Origin: Setoptus koraiensis
Lineage: Eukaryota > Animalia > Arthropoda
Length of the DNA: 64,000 nt
Direction of reading: 5' to 3'
NCBI GenBank assembly: GCA_048013815.1
Contig: CM106586.1
Location: 21,266,001-21,330,000, forward strand
Every line of letters begins with the position of its first letter. The stretch's first letter is position 1. Made by a program: the position numbers and the translations under genes. Below, in pieces: positions 31,432 through 42,500 of this stretch. Under the pieces are notes generated by a model, which searched no databases, had not been told where the DNA came from, and was given only the letters and a program-made list of their open reading frames with translations.

Positions 31432-31846
31432 GTCAAATCTTTTTGAATGCTGTGCCAAGAAACTTCAATAGAGCTATATTCCTATATTCGCACGTGCAAA
31501 GATAGGAAAGCATTTGATCAGCGGTTGCACTTGTTGTCACTTGCATTTTGAGTTAGATTACTATGTCCAGAATATAATATCAAAGAGTCACCCAGTATTG
31601 GCGGAAGCTGAACCACCCAACTACGAAGCAACCAGGCGATTATAGAGTAGAAAAAACTCTGGACGATGCCAGCTCCAGCGAATTTTCTCGTAATAGAAGT
31701 AGTCAACCTACAGGTACAAATCTACCGGTGTATAAATTGAAGGAATCGAATGTCAGGAGACAACTACAGTGATTGCGAGAGGTTGAGGAATGAACTCGAA
31801 TTTTATAGCAAGATTGTTGTTCCACAATTGCCCGGTATGTTGAAAG
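31432..31846 (+). pseudogene. SNX3 pseudogene fragment (promoter, exon 1, exon 2 and the intron 2 donor)
   Basis: Homologous to 26590-27155. ATG is mutated to TTG (31598), there is an in-frame TAG, and there are deletions and frameshifts. Confidence 0.88.
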
Positions 31847-32066
31847 TAGGTAGTTGCGAAGCGAACTCAACTTTGTACCTATCCCTTTTGCATAGTTGAA
31901 TTATTGCTATATCAATTGATAGGGTTGTCTAGCTCGAGATATTGGAAAACATGCAGTTTTTTATTAGAATGAAACAGTATCACAATTATAAAGTATGCAA
32001 AATATTTCAACAGTCACTTTGTGACCTCTTTCCGAACTCAAATCAGTCGAGCGGAGAACCTAACAC

Positions 32067-33350
32067 TCAAGTTCTTGAATATATTTCAACTTCATCATCA
32101 CTAGGCTCTTCTGTTGGTATCATTAGAAATCCTTCGGAATGAGATAAGTCTTTCGTGTTCGGATTTACCAATGCGGATGGGGGAGCTACAGACACAGGGC
32201 TCTGCGAATACATGACAATGGCTAGGGACACGAATATAATGGCGATAACTGTGTAGGAATCTATTTTGATACCGAAAATTATCCAGGCTAATATAGCGAT
32301 GGCAAATAACTCGAAAGCGGATGCGTAAGTTTTGAGGATCGAGTTAAGATTTTTCAGAAAGAAAGATGTTATTATGCCAGACAAGGCGTTGTTCATAATT
32401 ATGGCGAGAACCATGGGATTGACTAATATATTCCACTTAGATTCTAACGGTGTGTCCAGTTTCGTTAACGACATGTTGTCGTTATGATATTCTTGTTTTC
32501 TCAAAATAGTCAATAGATAAATTACTAGGTTACATATGATTGAATCGAAATACATAAAAATGTTTTGTACCACGATGTCCACATCTTTTCCGGTTCCTTT
32601 TAATAGATATTCATTGTAAACTCCGGCAAAACACGAACAAAACATTTGGAATAGCAATAAAACTAAGCTGAAATTGAAAAACATGGCAAAACTCGAAGCA
32701 TAATCCGGTGAAGTTGTGAGCGCGGGTGATATGGTGGTTTGACTTGAATCTTTCTCCACGTAGTTCTCTTTCGAAATGGCAGTGGTTGTAAATGAATTGT
32801 CATTTGATGATCTGTTGAGAGTAATATTATGATTGGAATGAAGTTCAGTGTTCAAGTTGACGATTCCATAATGTTTTAGAATGCACCCAAAAGTCAGTAC
32901 GAGCAAAGAGGCCCATTGGAGGCGGTTCAACTTCCGTTGAAACAGTATTTGGTAGATGACTGCTGTGAGAACAATTCTGAATTGCATCAAACAATTGTAG
33001 GACGTGGGGTCGAATGCTTGCAGATTGATAAAAGTGAGATTGTTATAAAAGCAGTAAAGGAGCGATGGCACTACATATAAAAGGGCTATGTAATAATTAG
33101 CTTTGATATCTCTGCATAGCTGCCTGGCGGTTTTAAATAAGCCCAAGCTGGTAGTAGACTTTCGTAGATATAAGAGAAGGCAGATGATAAGTTTGACTAT
33201 TTCTGTTACCAGCACAACCAATATGGTATTGAAGTTATAATAATCTTTGCCACGTCTAGATGCGGTTACTAATAGGCCCTGGTTGACAAACAATGTCACA
33301 TAGGTAATAAATATGAAAAATGATACTCTAGTTGGGAATAGTTTTGACAT
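32067..33350 (-). CDS. Nucleotide-sugar transporter, SLC35A family (senju-like), intronless
   Basis: LYVVPSLLYCFYNNLTFINLQAFDPTSY, SCFAGVYNEYLLK, GIITSFFLKNLNSILKTYAS and multiple TM helices. Confidence 0.9.
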   Translation of the reverse strand: MSKLFPTRVSFFIFITYVTLFVNQGLLVTASRRGKDYYNFNTILVVLVTEIVKLIICLLLYLRKSTTSLGLFKTARQLCRDIKANYYIALLYVVPSLLYCFYNNLTFINLQAFDPTSYNCLMQFRIVLTAVIYQILFQRKLNRLQWASLLVLTFGCILKHYGIVNLNTELHSNHNITLNRSSNDNSFTTTAISKENYVEKDSSQTTISPALTTSPDYASSFAMFFNFSLVLLLFQMFCSCFAGVYNEYLLKGTGKDVDIVVQNIFMYFDSIICNLVIYLLTILRKQEYHNDNMSLTKLDTPLESKWNILVNPMVLAIIMNNALSGIITSFFLKNLNSILKTYASAFELFAIAILAWIIFGIKIDSYTVIAIIFVSLAIVMYSQSPVSVAPPSALVNPNTKDLSHSEGFLMIPTEEPSDDEVEIYSRT

Positions 33351-35440
33351 GATGATTGCAATGATCCTATGGGCGGCTCTCTAGATAATTCTCCTCTAGT
33401 AAGATGATGAAGGTAATTTTGGCTCGAATAAAAATGAAATGGAGTCATCATATCCATTATATGCCGTAGGCTGATGATGATACTGTGAATAGTGGCAAAA
33501 TGATAAATGGAGATGTAAAATAATAATCTGTTAGTTGCCAGATGGCAATGTTATGATCAATAGTTCCATTCAATTGATTCCTTCACATAGTAAACTACTA
33601 GATAAAGGCAAACACACCTGTGCGTTGTGCTATATTATGTAACGTTACGTATACATTATCAGCATACGGTACTGACGTGCCGACAAGCAGAATGCGGGTA
33701 CCTCGGGTAGCGACGGTAATGCGTTGAGATGAAAAAGCGGGTCGGAACGATAGAAGGAGTGGTTGTAGCGGCCGGTACACGGTCGGTTACCAATCCTAAT
33801 GTAAACCGAGCCGATTCTAAAATCAAGGCAACAACAAAAATTGTAAGACAGATTTGCGTGATTAAAACAGTTGTTGACGATTAATCACCGGTTCTAACAA
33901 GCCAGAGATGTATACTTGGTCGGGAAGCTCAAGATCGGCGATATAGAAGGCGTGGCGCGAGGAGGCAATGTGCGGTCTACAATGCCGTCTGGGCACCACA
34001 GTATGCGGTTTATTAACTCGGCGCACTGCGCTACTCACAAATCAAATCACAAAACGTCCGGCCAATTCTCTGTGCATGATGCCAATCCAGGTTTCGTAAT
34101 GCTATCTGCGTGCCCCATTCATTTGTTCAATGTCTTCGAAACCATGTGCATTTGAGCACATGATGTAATTTATTGCAATATAAACTGTTTTTGTTGTGAC
34201 TTGCTAAACAAAACTTGCTTGCTACACCTTTTATGATAATCATAACTGGGACGTGTAATCAATTTTATACCGTAACAGCTCCAATGAGGCGCTATATTTA
34301 AAACTTGAATAGTATGACGCAATGTTTGGCTCGATATGAGAAAAAGTTTTCACCTCGGCCTGCGAAACGTCGTTCTTTGCGTCGAATCTTGATCTCAACT
34401 ATCCGTGCTCGCTATATTTATTCTAATAAAATGATGTGTGTTTTGACGAAGGCAGAAGAACTTTCTACTCTGTTCTCTATTGGAGTGTTGGTTCGAGATC
34501 AAAAGTTGGTTCGAAACATGAGTCTGACAAAGTTTTGTGGGACTATAGCGTCGTAAATTTAATGATTCATGTACCTGTTCAGATGATACGCTCGTCTAAT
34601 GATCTTGCGTTGCGATCATCCTGTCGATTGAGAAAAATTCCTGGCTCGAAGCGAACTGTCAGAGGAATAATTTTTGTATCATTTTATACCGGAACAGTAA
34701 CCGAGAGATATCAAGAGTCTCTCTTCAAAATATTGAAATCCTTCATCATAAGATATGCTCAGACACACGTGTTTCTTCTCCATTCTCGTTGAATATTCAT
34801 GAACGGTTTACCGTTACATATACGATGAGTTGAGCGAATTCAACTTCCTACATTCAGTCTAACAACTTGAATAGTGACTTTTCAGAAAAAAACCTATCTG
34901 TGATCCTCTCGATTATCTCCAAAACGAGCATACTTTTGCCGAATCCTATCTCACACCTGTTCACGATTGACTTAGCATAACTCAAACTATTTCACTGAGT
35001 TTTGGAGATAATCCCAGAAACGCATTTTTACATTTTGATCCAAGCTACCCTCACCACTTGTTGGAACAGTTTAGCCTGATTGTCAGATTGCCTATTCGCA
35101 TACTATATTCTGGATCAAAAGTAAAATGAGATATGAACTCTTCATGTTCCAGAAGGATGTAGACCATGGCGAGATGCAAATTCAAGATCGGCAATGACCT
35201 ATCAAACTCATAGATCATGATATATTATATCGATTTTAATCTACATTAATTTAATAGTATGATACAGAATATACGACTTACTAAAGAAGTTCGACAGTAT
35301 AATAGTATAGTAATATCACGCATAAAAGTTGATAAGGTTATTAACAATTTTGCGCTTGAACCAATCTTTGGTGATCAATTCTTTAGAGTCTTTGCCAGTT
35401 AAAATAAATATTATTATTTTTTTTTTGTAAAATACTGAGA

Positions 35441-37261
35441 TCAGAGAGATTTATAACGACGTGAGTAACTATCGACGTCGAATTTTCTAGCGCAACCGTT
35501 GAAGTTCATGTATCTGATCTTCCCAAATATCGGTCTTTCCGTCCAAGCTCTATCGTGTGTACCCACTATCGACCACATGCATCCAACATAACCGTTAGGG
35601 TCACGTCCATCAATCTCATATCTGTCATTGAGGTATATAGCTATTTCAAGAGCCTCTTCAGCACTGCGTGTCCATTCTAGAATTTTTTTAGCCCAGTACA
35701 TTCTGATATATCCGTGCATTTTTCCTTCGCGTATCATCTGTATCTGAGCGGCATTCCACAATTTATCATGCGTCTTGGCAAACTCTAATTCATCCCTGCT
35801 GTACAAATATTCTCGTTTGTCTTTTTTATGCTCGGAGATGGTCTTTTTGGCCCAATCATGAGCTCCATTTATGTTGTCGTAGTCTTCCTGGTAATAGCAA
35901 AAGTTATCAGATAATTCTCTACGAACTACCGCTTCCTCGACATAAGCATCGACAGATTTTTGTGCTTTGGCCTTGATTTCTCTATCAGTGATGGCTAATA
36001 TAACTCGTTGTACTGACAATTGACCGAAATGATAATAAGGTGACAGAGCCGATAAGCCATGTTTAGTAGGTATGTTCCTATCTTGTTCATAATTCTTGAG
36101 TCTTTGCGTGATAAATTCGTAAAGCATTCTATAACCATGGATAGTTCCTGGCTGAGCCCAAGTTATTGGAGGCACACTTTGGTCTACTTCTAGACTATCG
36201 TAAGCCTCATCCCAATTAATAGGATCAGCCGGGTGCTCAGTTTGGTATGGATGTTTTATCACTGGAGGAATTTCCGTGAGAAATTCTTTCAGGTTGTTAT
36301 GTATCTTAGGTCTGATAGTCCTTGCAGCAAATTCTAACTTATTTGATGCCACCCAACACGGTACAATATTGTGAGCGTCTACTTGATAAAATGGTACATC
36401 TTGTTTCTTCAATAGAACACCGATATCCTCATACCATTGCTGAGGTACACGGAGTGGACTGAAATCAGTCACTACTAAACCAATTTCTCGCTCCCGTACA
36501 AATTCCGGCAGAACATCTTTGGGATATCCCATTAGGAGATGAAAGTCAATATGCAACGTACGACATTGTTTCTCTACGTTTTGCAAGCCTTTCAGTATGA
36601 AGTCGAAATGCCTTATGGTGGCATCCAAGAATTTGGGGACCAAGCAAAAAACGACGTACAGTGGACATTCGTGTTTTAAGGCAAATTTTTGTGCGCATAA
36701 CAACGCCCAATTATCGTCAATTCTTTGATCCCGCGACATCCAATAAGCGACCCCCTGATAATCTGTTCCGGATTTCAGTGCAGGTACTCCATTTATAGAT
36801 CTGGTTCGTTTTTCATTGAATTTACACTCCTCGATGCTGGCACCAAATCTCAGCTTAGATTCGCGCACCTTGCTCAAGAATTCTTTGAAGCCGCTTTCAT
36901 TCAGAGGTTTTCGTTCCCCAAATCCGAATCCGGCATCCGCTGGCAGCTTAGACTTTTTAGCATCATTTGATGGGCTGACACATTCAGAGCTGTCCGCCGA
37001 TGTTGGTTTCTCTTCGATCGCCAGGCGCGCTTTCTTTTTCGACGGGGGCATATCTTTCTGGTGAGTGTTCTTCACAAATTCAGTCTCCTTTTGGCACAAC
37101 GATGGCAAATTAAAATCAAATAAATTATCACTCGATAAATGCTTAGCTTGCTGTTCAAATAATTTTCCTAGCCTGTTCAAGAGAGGCGCTCTCACTGGAA
37201 TGGGCCTGTTTGTTCGGATGCAACGGTCAACATGTATTTTGATGAAACTCAACCATGTCAT
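35441..37261 (-). CDS. phr: Class II CPD photolyase, intronless (606 aa)
   Basis: YWMSRDQRIDDNWAL, VDAHNIVPCW, LSPYYHFGQ, RRELSDNFC, KMHGYIRMYWAKKILEW and DGRDPNGYVGCMWSI. Confidence 0.96.
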   Translation of the reverse strand: MTWLSFIKIHVDRCIRTNRPIPVRAPLLNRLGKLFEQQAKHLSSDNLFDFNLPSLCQKETEFVKNTHQKDMPPSKKKARLAIEEKPTSADSSECVSPSNDAKKSKLPADAGFGFGERKPLNESGFKEFLSKVRESKLRFGASIEECKFNEKRTRSINGVPALKSGTDYQGVAYWMSRDQRIDDNWALLCAQKFALKHECPLYVVFCLVPKFLDATIRHFDFILKGLQNVEKQCRTLHIDFHLLMGYPKDVLPEFVREREIGLVVTDFSPLRVPQQWYEDIGVLLKKQDVPFYQVDAHNIVPCWVASNKLEFAARTIRPKIHNNLKEFLTEIPPVIKHPYQTEHPADPINWDEAYDSLEVDQSVPPITWAQPGTIHGYRMLYEFITQRLKNYEQDRNIPTKHGLSALSPYYHFGQLSVQRVILAITDREIKAKAQKSVDAYVEEAVVRRELSDNFCYYQEDYDNINGAHDWAKKTISEHKKDKREYLYSRDELEFAKTHDKLWNAAQIQMIREGKMHGYIRMYWAKKILEWTRSAEEALEIAIYLNDRYEIDGRDPNGYVGCMWSIVGTHDRAWTERPIFGKIRYMNFNGCARKFDVDSYSRRYKSL

Positions 37262-39530
37262 CTAGAGTTGATTGCTGCAAATGCTGATTAATTAGTTGAG
37301 ATCCAATGGACGGTAATAATTACCAAGTAATAAATAATAATAAATGAAAAATCGAAGAATAATGTTGGTAGGCGACCCCAAAAGATCGTCCTTTTGTTCG
37401 GATCACATGTTTTGTTTTGCAGGACGCGTGAGGCAGTTTAGTTCGTGTGAATGCGACGTGTTTGCATGTGCGCGAAACTGCTGCACTTTGCCGGCCATTT
37501 AGTTTGTGAAAAATGTATTTCGTTGTTATTACATTTGTTTTTGTTTTGTTTGTATATAATTATAAAACTATTTACTTTTCTCATTCTAGCCCATTGTAGG
37601 ATTGTTGAAGCATGCTCTGGACGAGGGCACCAGATTTTGCAGTATCACAACTAACAACGCGCGTGACAATGCGATCGATCCCGGTGCAAGAAACAAGAAC
37701 TTAAAATGAACCCAATAAAAAACAATCTAACGGAACCGACAGAAACAACAAGACTCGAGCCTCGCCATAGCTGTATATTTCAAATCATCGATCCGGTAAC
37801 AAAATAATCGCGTGCTCTAAAACTATTAGGCCCCAATGAGCGTGATATAGTGGCGAGTCCTACTGGTGGTGACAATAATAACTCTGCGCCAGATAGCCAG
37901 TTGTTCGATCTGTAACGATTTGGAAAATTAAACAACTTCATTTTTGTGTATCGTGTCTTGAATAGCTTCCATAATATGAGAGAACAACGAGCAACAGAAA
38001 TCAATTGATTAATTTCATAAAGTAATTCACCCAATCGAGCAACTTGTCCCGCCTAATGCGTTCACCATCACTTTGTGGGCTCTTTATGGGCGTTCAACAA
38101 CTCTAGACCCATAAAAGAGAAATGATACTCTTGGTGCAAACGCCCAGATGTCTCGTTCCTCTTTGTGACCCTCTGTGGTCTTCTTTCATTCCCGTTGCTA
38201 AACTGAAATGATAAACCTATATGAATTGGTCTAGCCACGATTAACATTGAGATGCAAGGGCCACAACAAAAAGCTATCGTGACATGCACAAAAGCAAACA
38301 TAAAGCAGGCAAGATATAAACAGCGGTTATTGTTGCGTATAAACCATGACATGAGATATCTATAGTGACTAAACTGGGCTACCAAACATAGAGAATAGAG
38401 AGGTTAGGATGAAATGTACATATTTTATATTATTGAATTATTATTACCAGATAGACTACAGACCTTTAATGGTAATCATGACAAATCTCTTTAGCTAGCA
38501 TGAATGATATTTTATATGATATTGGAGCGGAAACGAGCAGCAAAAATTTGCTGTATTGGCTAACATATGCTTCAGGGCTATCTGCCGAGAGTACATTTGA
38601 ACAGGGGCAATATTGCCGACATAGTGCATGACGATCGCACGTACTGGAAGAGCCAGATCAAATAAGATTTGATTTAATCAAGGGAACAAGCTCTCCTTTC
38701 CTGCTATTGATGTCTAGAGAGCAAAGCGATAGAGCAAAGCAAAGAAGACGGCAAAAAAGCAGCACGATGGGCGTACCAACATCATGCACAAGAGCTGGTG
38801 ATGGTGGATTGATGGAGAGTTGGATGATAGAATCAGATCTGGTCCAATTGAATTGAATTGAATCTAATCCTCTTTCGATCTATTGGCATCAGATGCCCTG
38901 ATGGTAGCAATTGTCGACATCACAAAAGTTCTTGGCCTCAGGCTGACACGACTACTGCCAGTACCGTTGGCATCGCTGAGTTACTGGGGCGCCCGTTGCC
39001 ATGTTATGTAATAATATAATACAGTGCACACCATCTAAACTTGGCACACTTGGCTAGCGTGCAAGTAGCATCAGAAGTGGCCCCAATATCCGAGATAGTC
39101 GTGGAGATAGAGAGACTTTAGGAAAGTTCTAGATAGATAGGTCTGTTAATATTGCACACGGGTACGGGCACAGACAGGGGGGCATGTATCTAGCATTGGA
39201 GCGGCCTATTGGGCGGCGAGTGTATGATTCAGCAATATATACTACTAATAGCTAGCAGCTAGCTGGCCGGTAGTGAGGCCCCTATATGTACGAGGCGGCG
39301 GCAGCAGCGAGTGAACTCGGCAGCAGTATTCATTGAAGCAAGGAGAGATCGAAATTGCATTAGAAAACTGGCAAACAAGAGATATAATATTTCCATCTCA
39401 TGCATTATAGATCTTGTACGAGTCCTATATGAGATGCTGTACACTTTCGCTAATACTCACCCTGACCGGCGCCATTCTATTTCGCATGTAACGTTATATA
39501 CGTCTTTGGCCCGGCAATATCCCACTGAGT

Positions 39531-39576
39531 GCGGCGTTATAAGGCGGCGTTATAAGGCGGCGTTATGAGGCGGCGT
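39531..39576. repeat. 13-bp tandem repeat (GCGGCGTTATAAG, ~3.5 copies)
   Basis: Read directly from the sequence. Confidence 0.9.
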
Positions 39577-42500
39577 GGACATGGATCGTGTCCGGCCCCG
39601 CTATCCGATTAAGCTGGCGCACCAAACAAAGGCGAGCCTGATCTAGATTTATTATCCTCGAGCTGGCTCGCTGAGCGCGCTGCCACAATCGTCGCTGTCT
39701 GGTCACGGGCTTACGGGTTCTCGCTCGGCTCCGAGCTCAATTTGTTGGTGGCGAAATTGATTTATTTATTATATAGGCCACGTTGGCGGATCACACAACC
39801 TGATGCAAGCGGCGGTGTTACATGTACAGCCACATGTAATACATAATCAACGTAGCAGACAATTACCGCCACAGTTACTATAGTCCTATAGACAATTTCA
39901 TCATCGTCATCATCGTCATGATGCTTGTGTGAGACGCCTATAATTTGTTGATGGCCGTTGTTTTGACCACTGACACTTGTGCGCCACAAACGATTTGACC
40001 ATTCTCTGTCCACCACTGTCTTTGTATGTGTCTTTGTGTATATGTGGTGTGAGTCGCGTTTGAGTGATCATTATGTAAGCGGCAACAATAACCGGTGTGT
40101 ATGTGTGATAAAACAGCCCCAACACAAAACAGGTTCGGCCAGCACTCTCTGTCAGAGAGTCTCTGACAGGCAGTCTGCAGTGTAGGCCCTTTGACATAAG
40201 AAAAGTGTGTCGAGTTTGGCAATACGAGTTTGTGCCACTACTAAAACTCTTGTGTCTAGCCCGGCGAACAAGTGAGAGCACACTTGTGGTGGGTGTTTTA
40301 AGCGAGTGATTTCTTTTTATTTTTGCTCCTCCATTTACCACCTCTAGCTAGTTGCTGGCTGCCTATTCACAAGCGCCAGCCAGCCATTGGACAGGTAAAA
40401 CCAATGGTACTAATAATAATGGCGATGGTGGCGGTGCGGAAATGCGCTCTCTGAGCAACAACAACAACAACGACAGCGGCAGCAGCAGCAGCAGCGATAT
40501 TGGCGACAAAAGCAACAACATCAAGCCATGGTTGTTATCAACGTTATCAGCGACAACAATGGCAATGCCAATTGCGACTGCAACCGCCATCACTGCTGGC
40601 AATCATCTAAAGTATGAATATTATTATTATATTGAGTCCCATTTAGAAGTCTTTCCTACACACACACAGTTGTGAGTTGTGTATGGATGGAGGAGGATGT
40701 GGAGGTTTCGGCATAGGCAGTTTTGGCATTAGAGAGCGAGAGAGAGAGAGAGAATAGTGAGAAAAGCAAACAAACCAGTCAACAACAAATTAAACTGAAC
40801 TTTGCGCTGATCTTTTGCATATTTGAGAATCGGGCAACAGCAGACAGGCAGGCGCTATTGTTGGAGTATGAGAGTTGGCTGGCTGATATTCTTTTGGCGC
40901 TGCTTGCAGCCATTCGCCGCTCACTGGCTGGCTGGCTGGCTGGCTGGCTGGCGGGCTGGCTGGCTGGCCGACCGACCGACCGACCGACACACTAGAAAAT
41001 ATACGCCACACAATGATAAAGATTGCCAGATGAGTAGAGATAGCTGCCGAAAACTGCCACCACTCTGTTATAGCTCACTATTGCTGCTGCCGCCACCGAC
41101 AAGTTTTCGACGCCGCCAAGACCTTAGCGCTATAGGGCGCTCGTAATATCTCATCCGATCATATGAGAGCCGTCATACGTCAACTGGGGAGGTTGGCATG
41201 GCCAGGTTCACCTGGGGGCTTTGTATGACTGGCTGTGTGTCTCTCTATTTCACACTAGCTCTCATCGTGTGCGCTCTCAATGGCGGCGGCGGCACTGCCA
41301 GCCAGTCGAAGGCCATCGAGCGGAATAGCGTCGATCGGGATAGAAAATTAATTGTTGTTCGGTTGTTTGTAGCCGCGACAAGGATGCCGACACTACAAGT
41401 TGGCGCTGGCACCTTTCGTTCTTGTTCGCCGCGCACAACAACAGCGACAACAACAACAACAACGGCGACAACAACAACGGCAACAAGACACTGCCAGCAA
41501 CATTAACAACACCAACGACAACAACAACAGCGACAACAACATCCACAACATCGACGACATCCACAACATCGACGACATCCACAACATTTACAGCATTTAT
41601 AACATCGACGACATCGGCAACATCGACAACGACAACGACATCGGACAACTCTGTAGTTGCTCTCGGCGAGAGAGACGCAAATTTATTTTATTTCGGCTTG
41701 TTTCCAATCGATTCGTCGGCGAATCGCACTTAATTCGCAACATTCGAGCCAGCGGCTCGACATGGGCTCACAAGGGCTCGGCTCGCATTCGTCTAACAAC
41801 TTGCGGGTCACAAGTTGGCAAGTTGCGGCGCTGAATTAGCGAATCGGCGAATTGGCGAATTGGCGGATTGGCGAATTGGCGGGCTTCCACGGCGGGATCG
41901 CCGTGGCTGCGCCATCGTAGTGGCGGCTGCTGGCCCTAGTTGGTGCGGCACAGTGCCAGTAGCTGATTAGAGCCAGTGTGAGGTTAGGCGAGTTTGGGTT
42001 TGGTTTTGTTTACCTAGTGTGTTTCAATATTGGCGTCATTTGGTCTGCCAGAGCCAAGCCCTAAAATGACTGACCGATATAATCACTTATCTTATTTTAT
42101 CCCCGCTTGCCGGTCGCGGCCGTCCGACAGTCCGTTTGTCGGACAGTCGGCCAGTCCGACGGTCCGTCCGCCCGTCCGTCCGTCCGTGCAGTGCGGCCCG
42201 CCTGTTGGAGAGTGCTTGTTGTTGGTGGTTGTCGTCGTCGTGGTCGTCTATTCAGTTGGTCGATTGTATTTGTCCAGAGAGTTGTCTCGGACAGTTTGGT
42301 GAAGCGAGCACAATGAAGCGTGTTGTTGTTGTTATATGTATTGTTGTTTTCTGTTTCTGTTGCTGAATCCTAGTTAGTAAACAAACCATCTAATCCACAT
42401 GACCATGCCAGTTCACAACAAGCTGCACCAGCGACGCCGTTGCAGCCACCACCATGAGCGCCAATCTAACTCATCAAATCTAACGAACGGCACCAATAGA

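Noticed and set aside
35441-37261. Intronless photolyase as a bacterial horizontal transfer
   Set aside because: The motifs are those of animal class II CPD photolyases, and most neighbouring native genes are also intronless.
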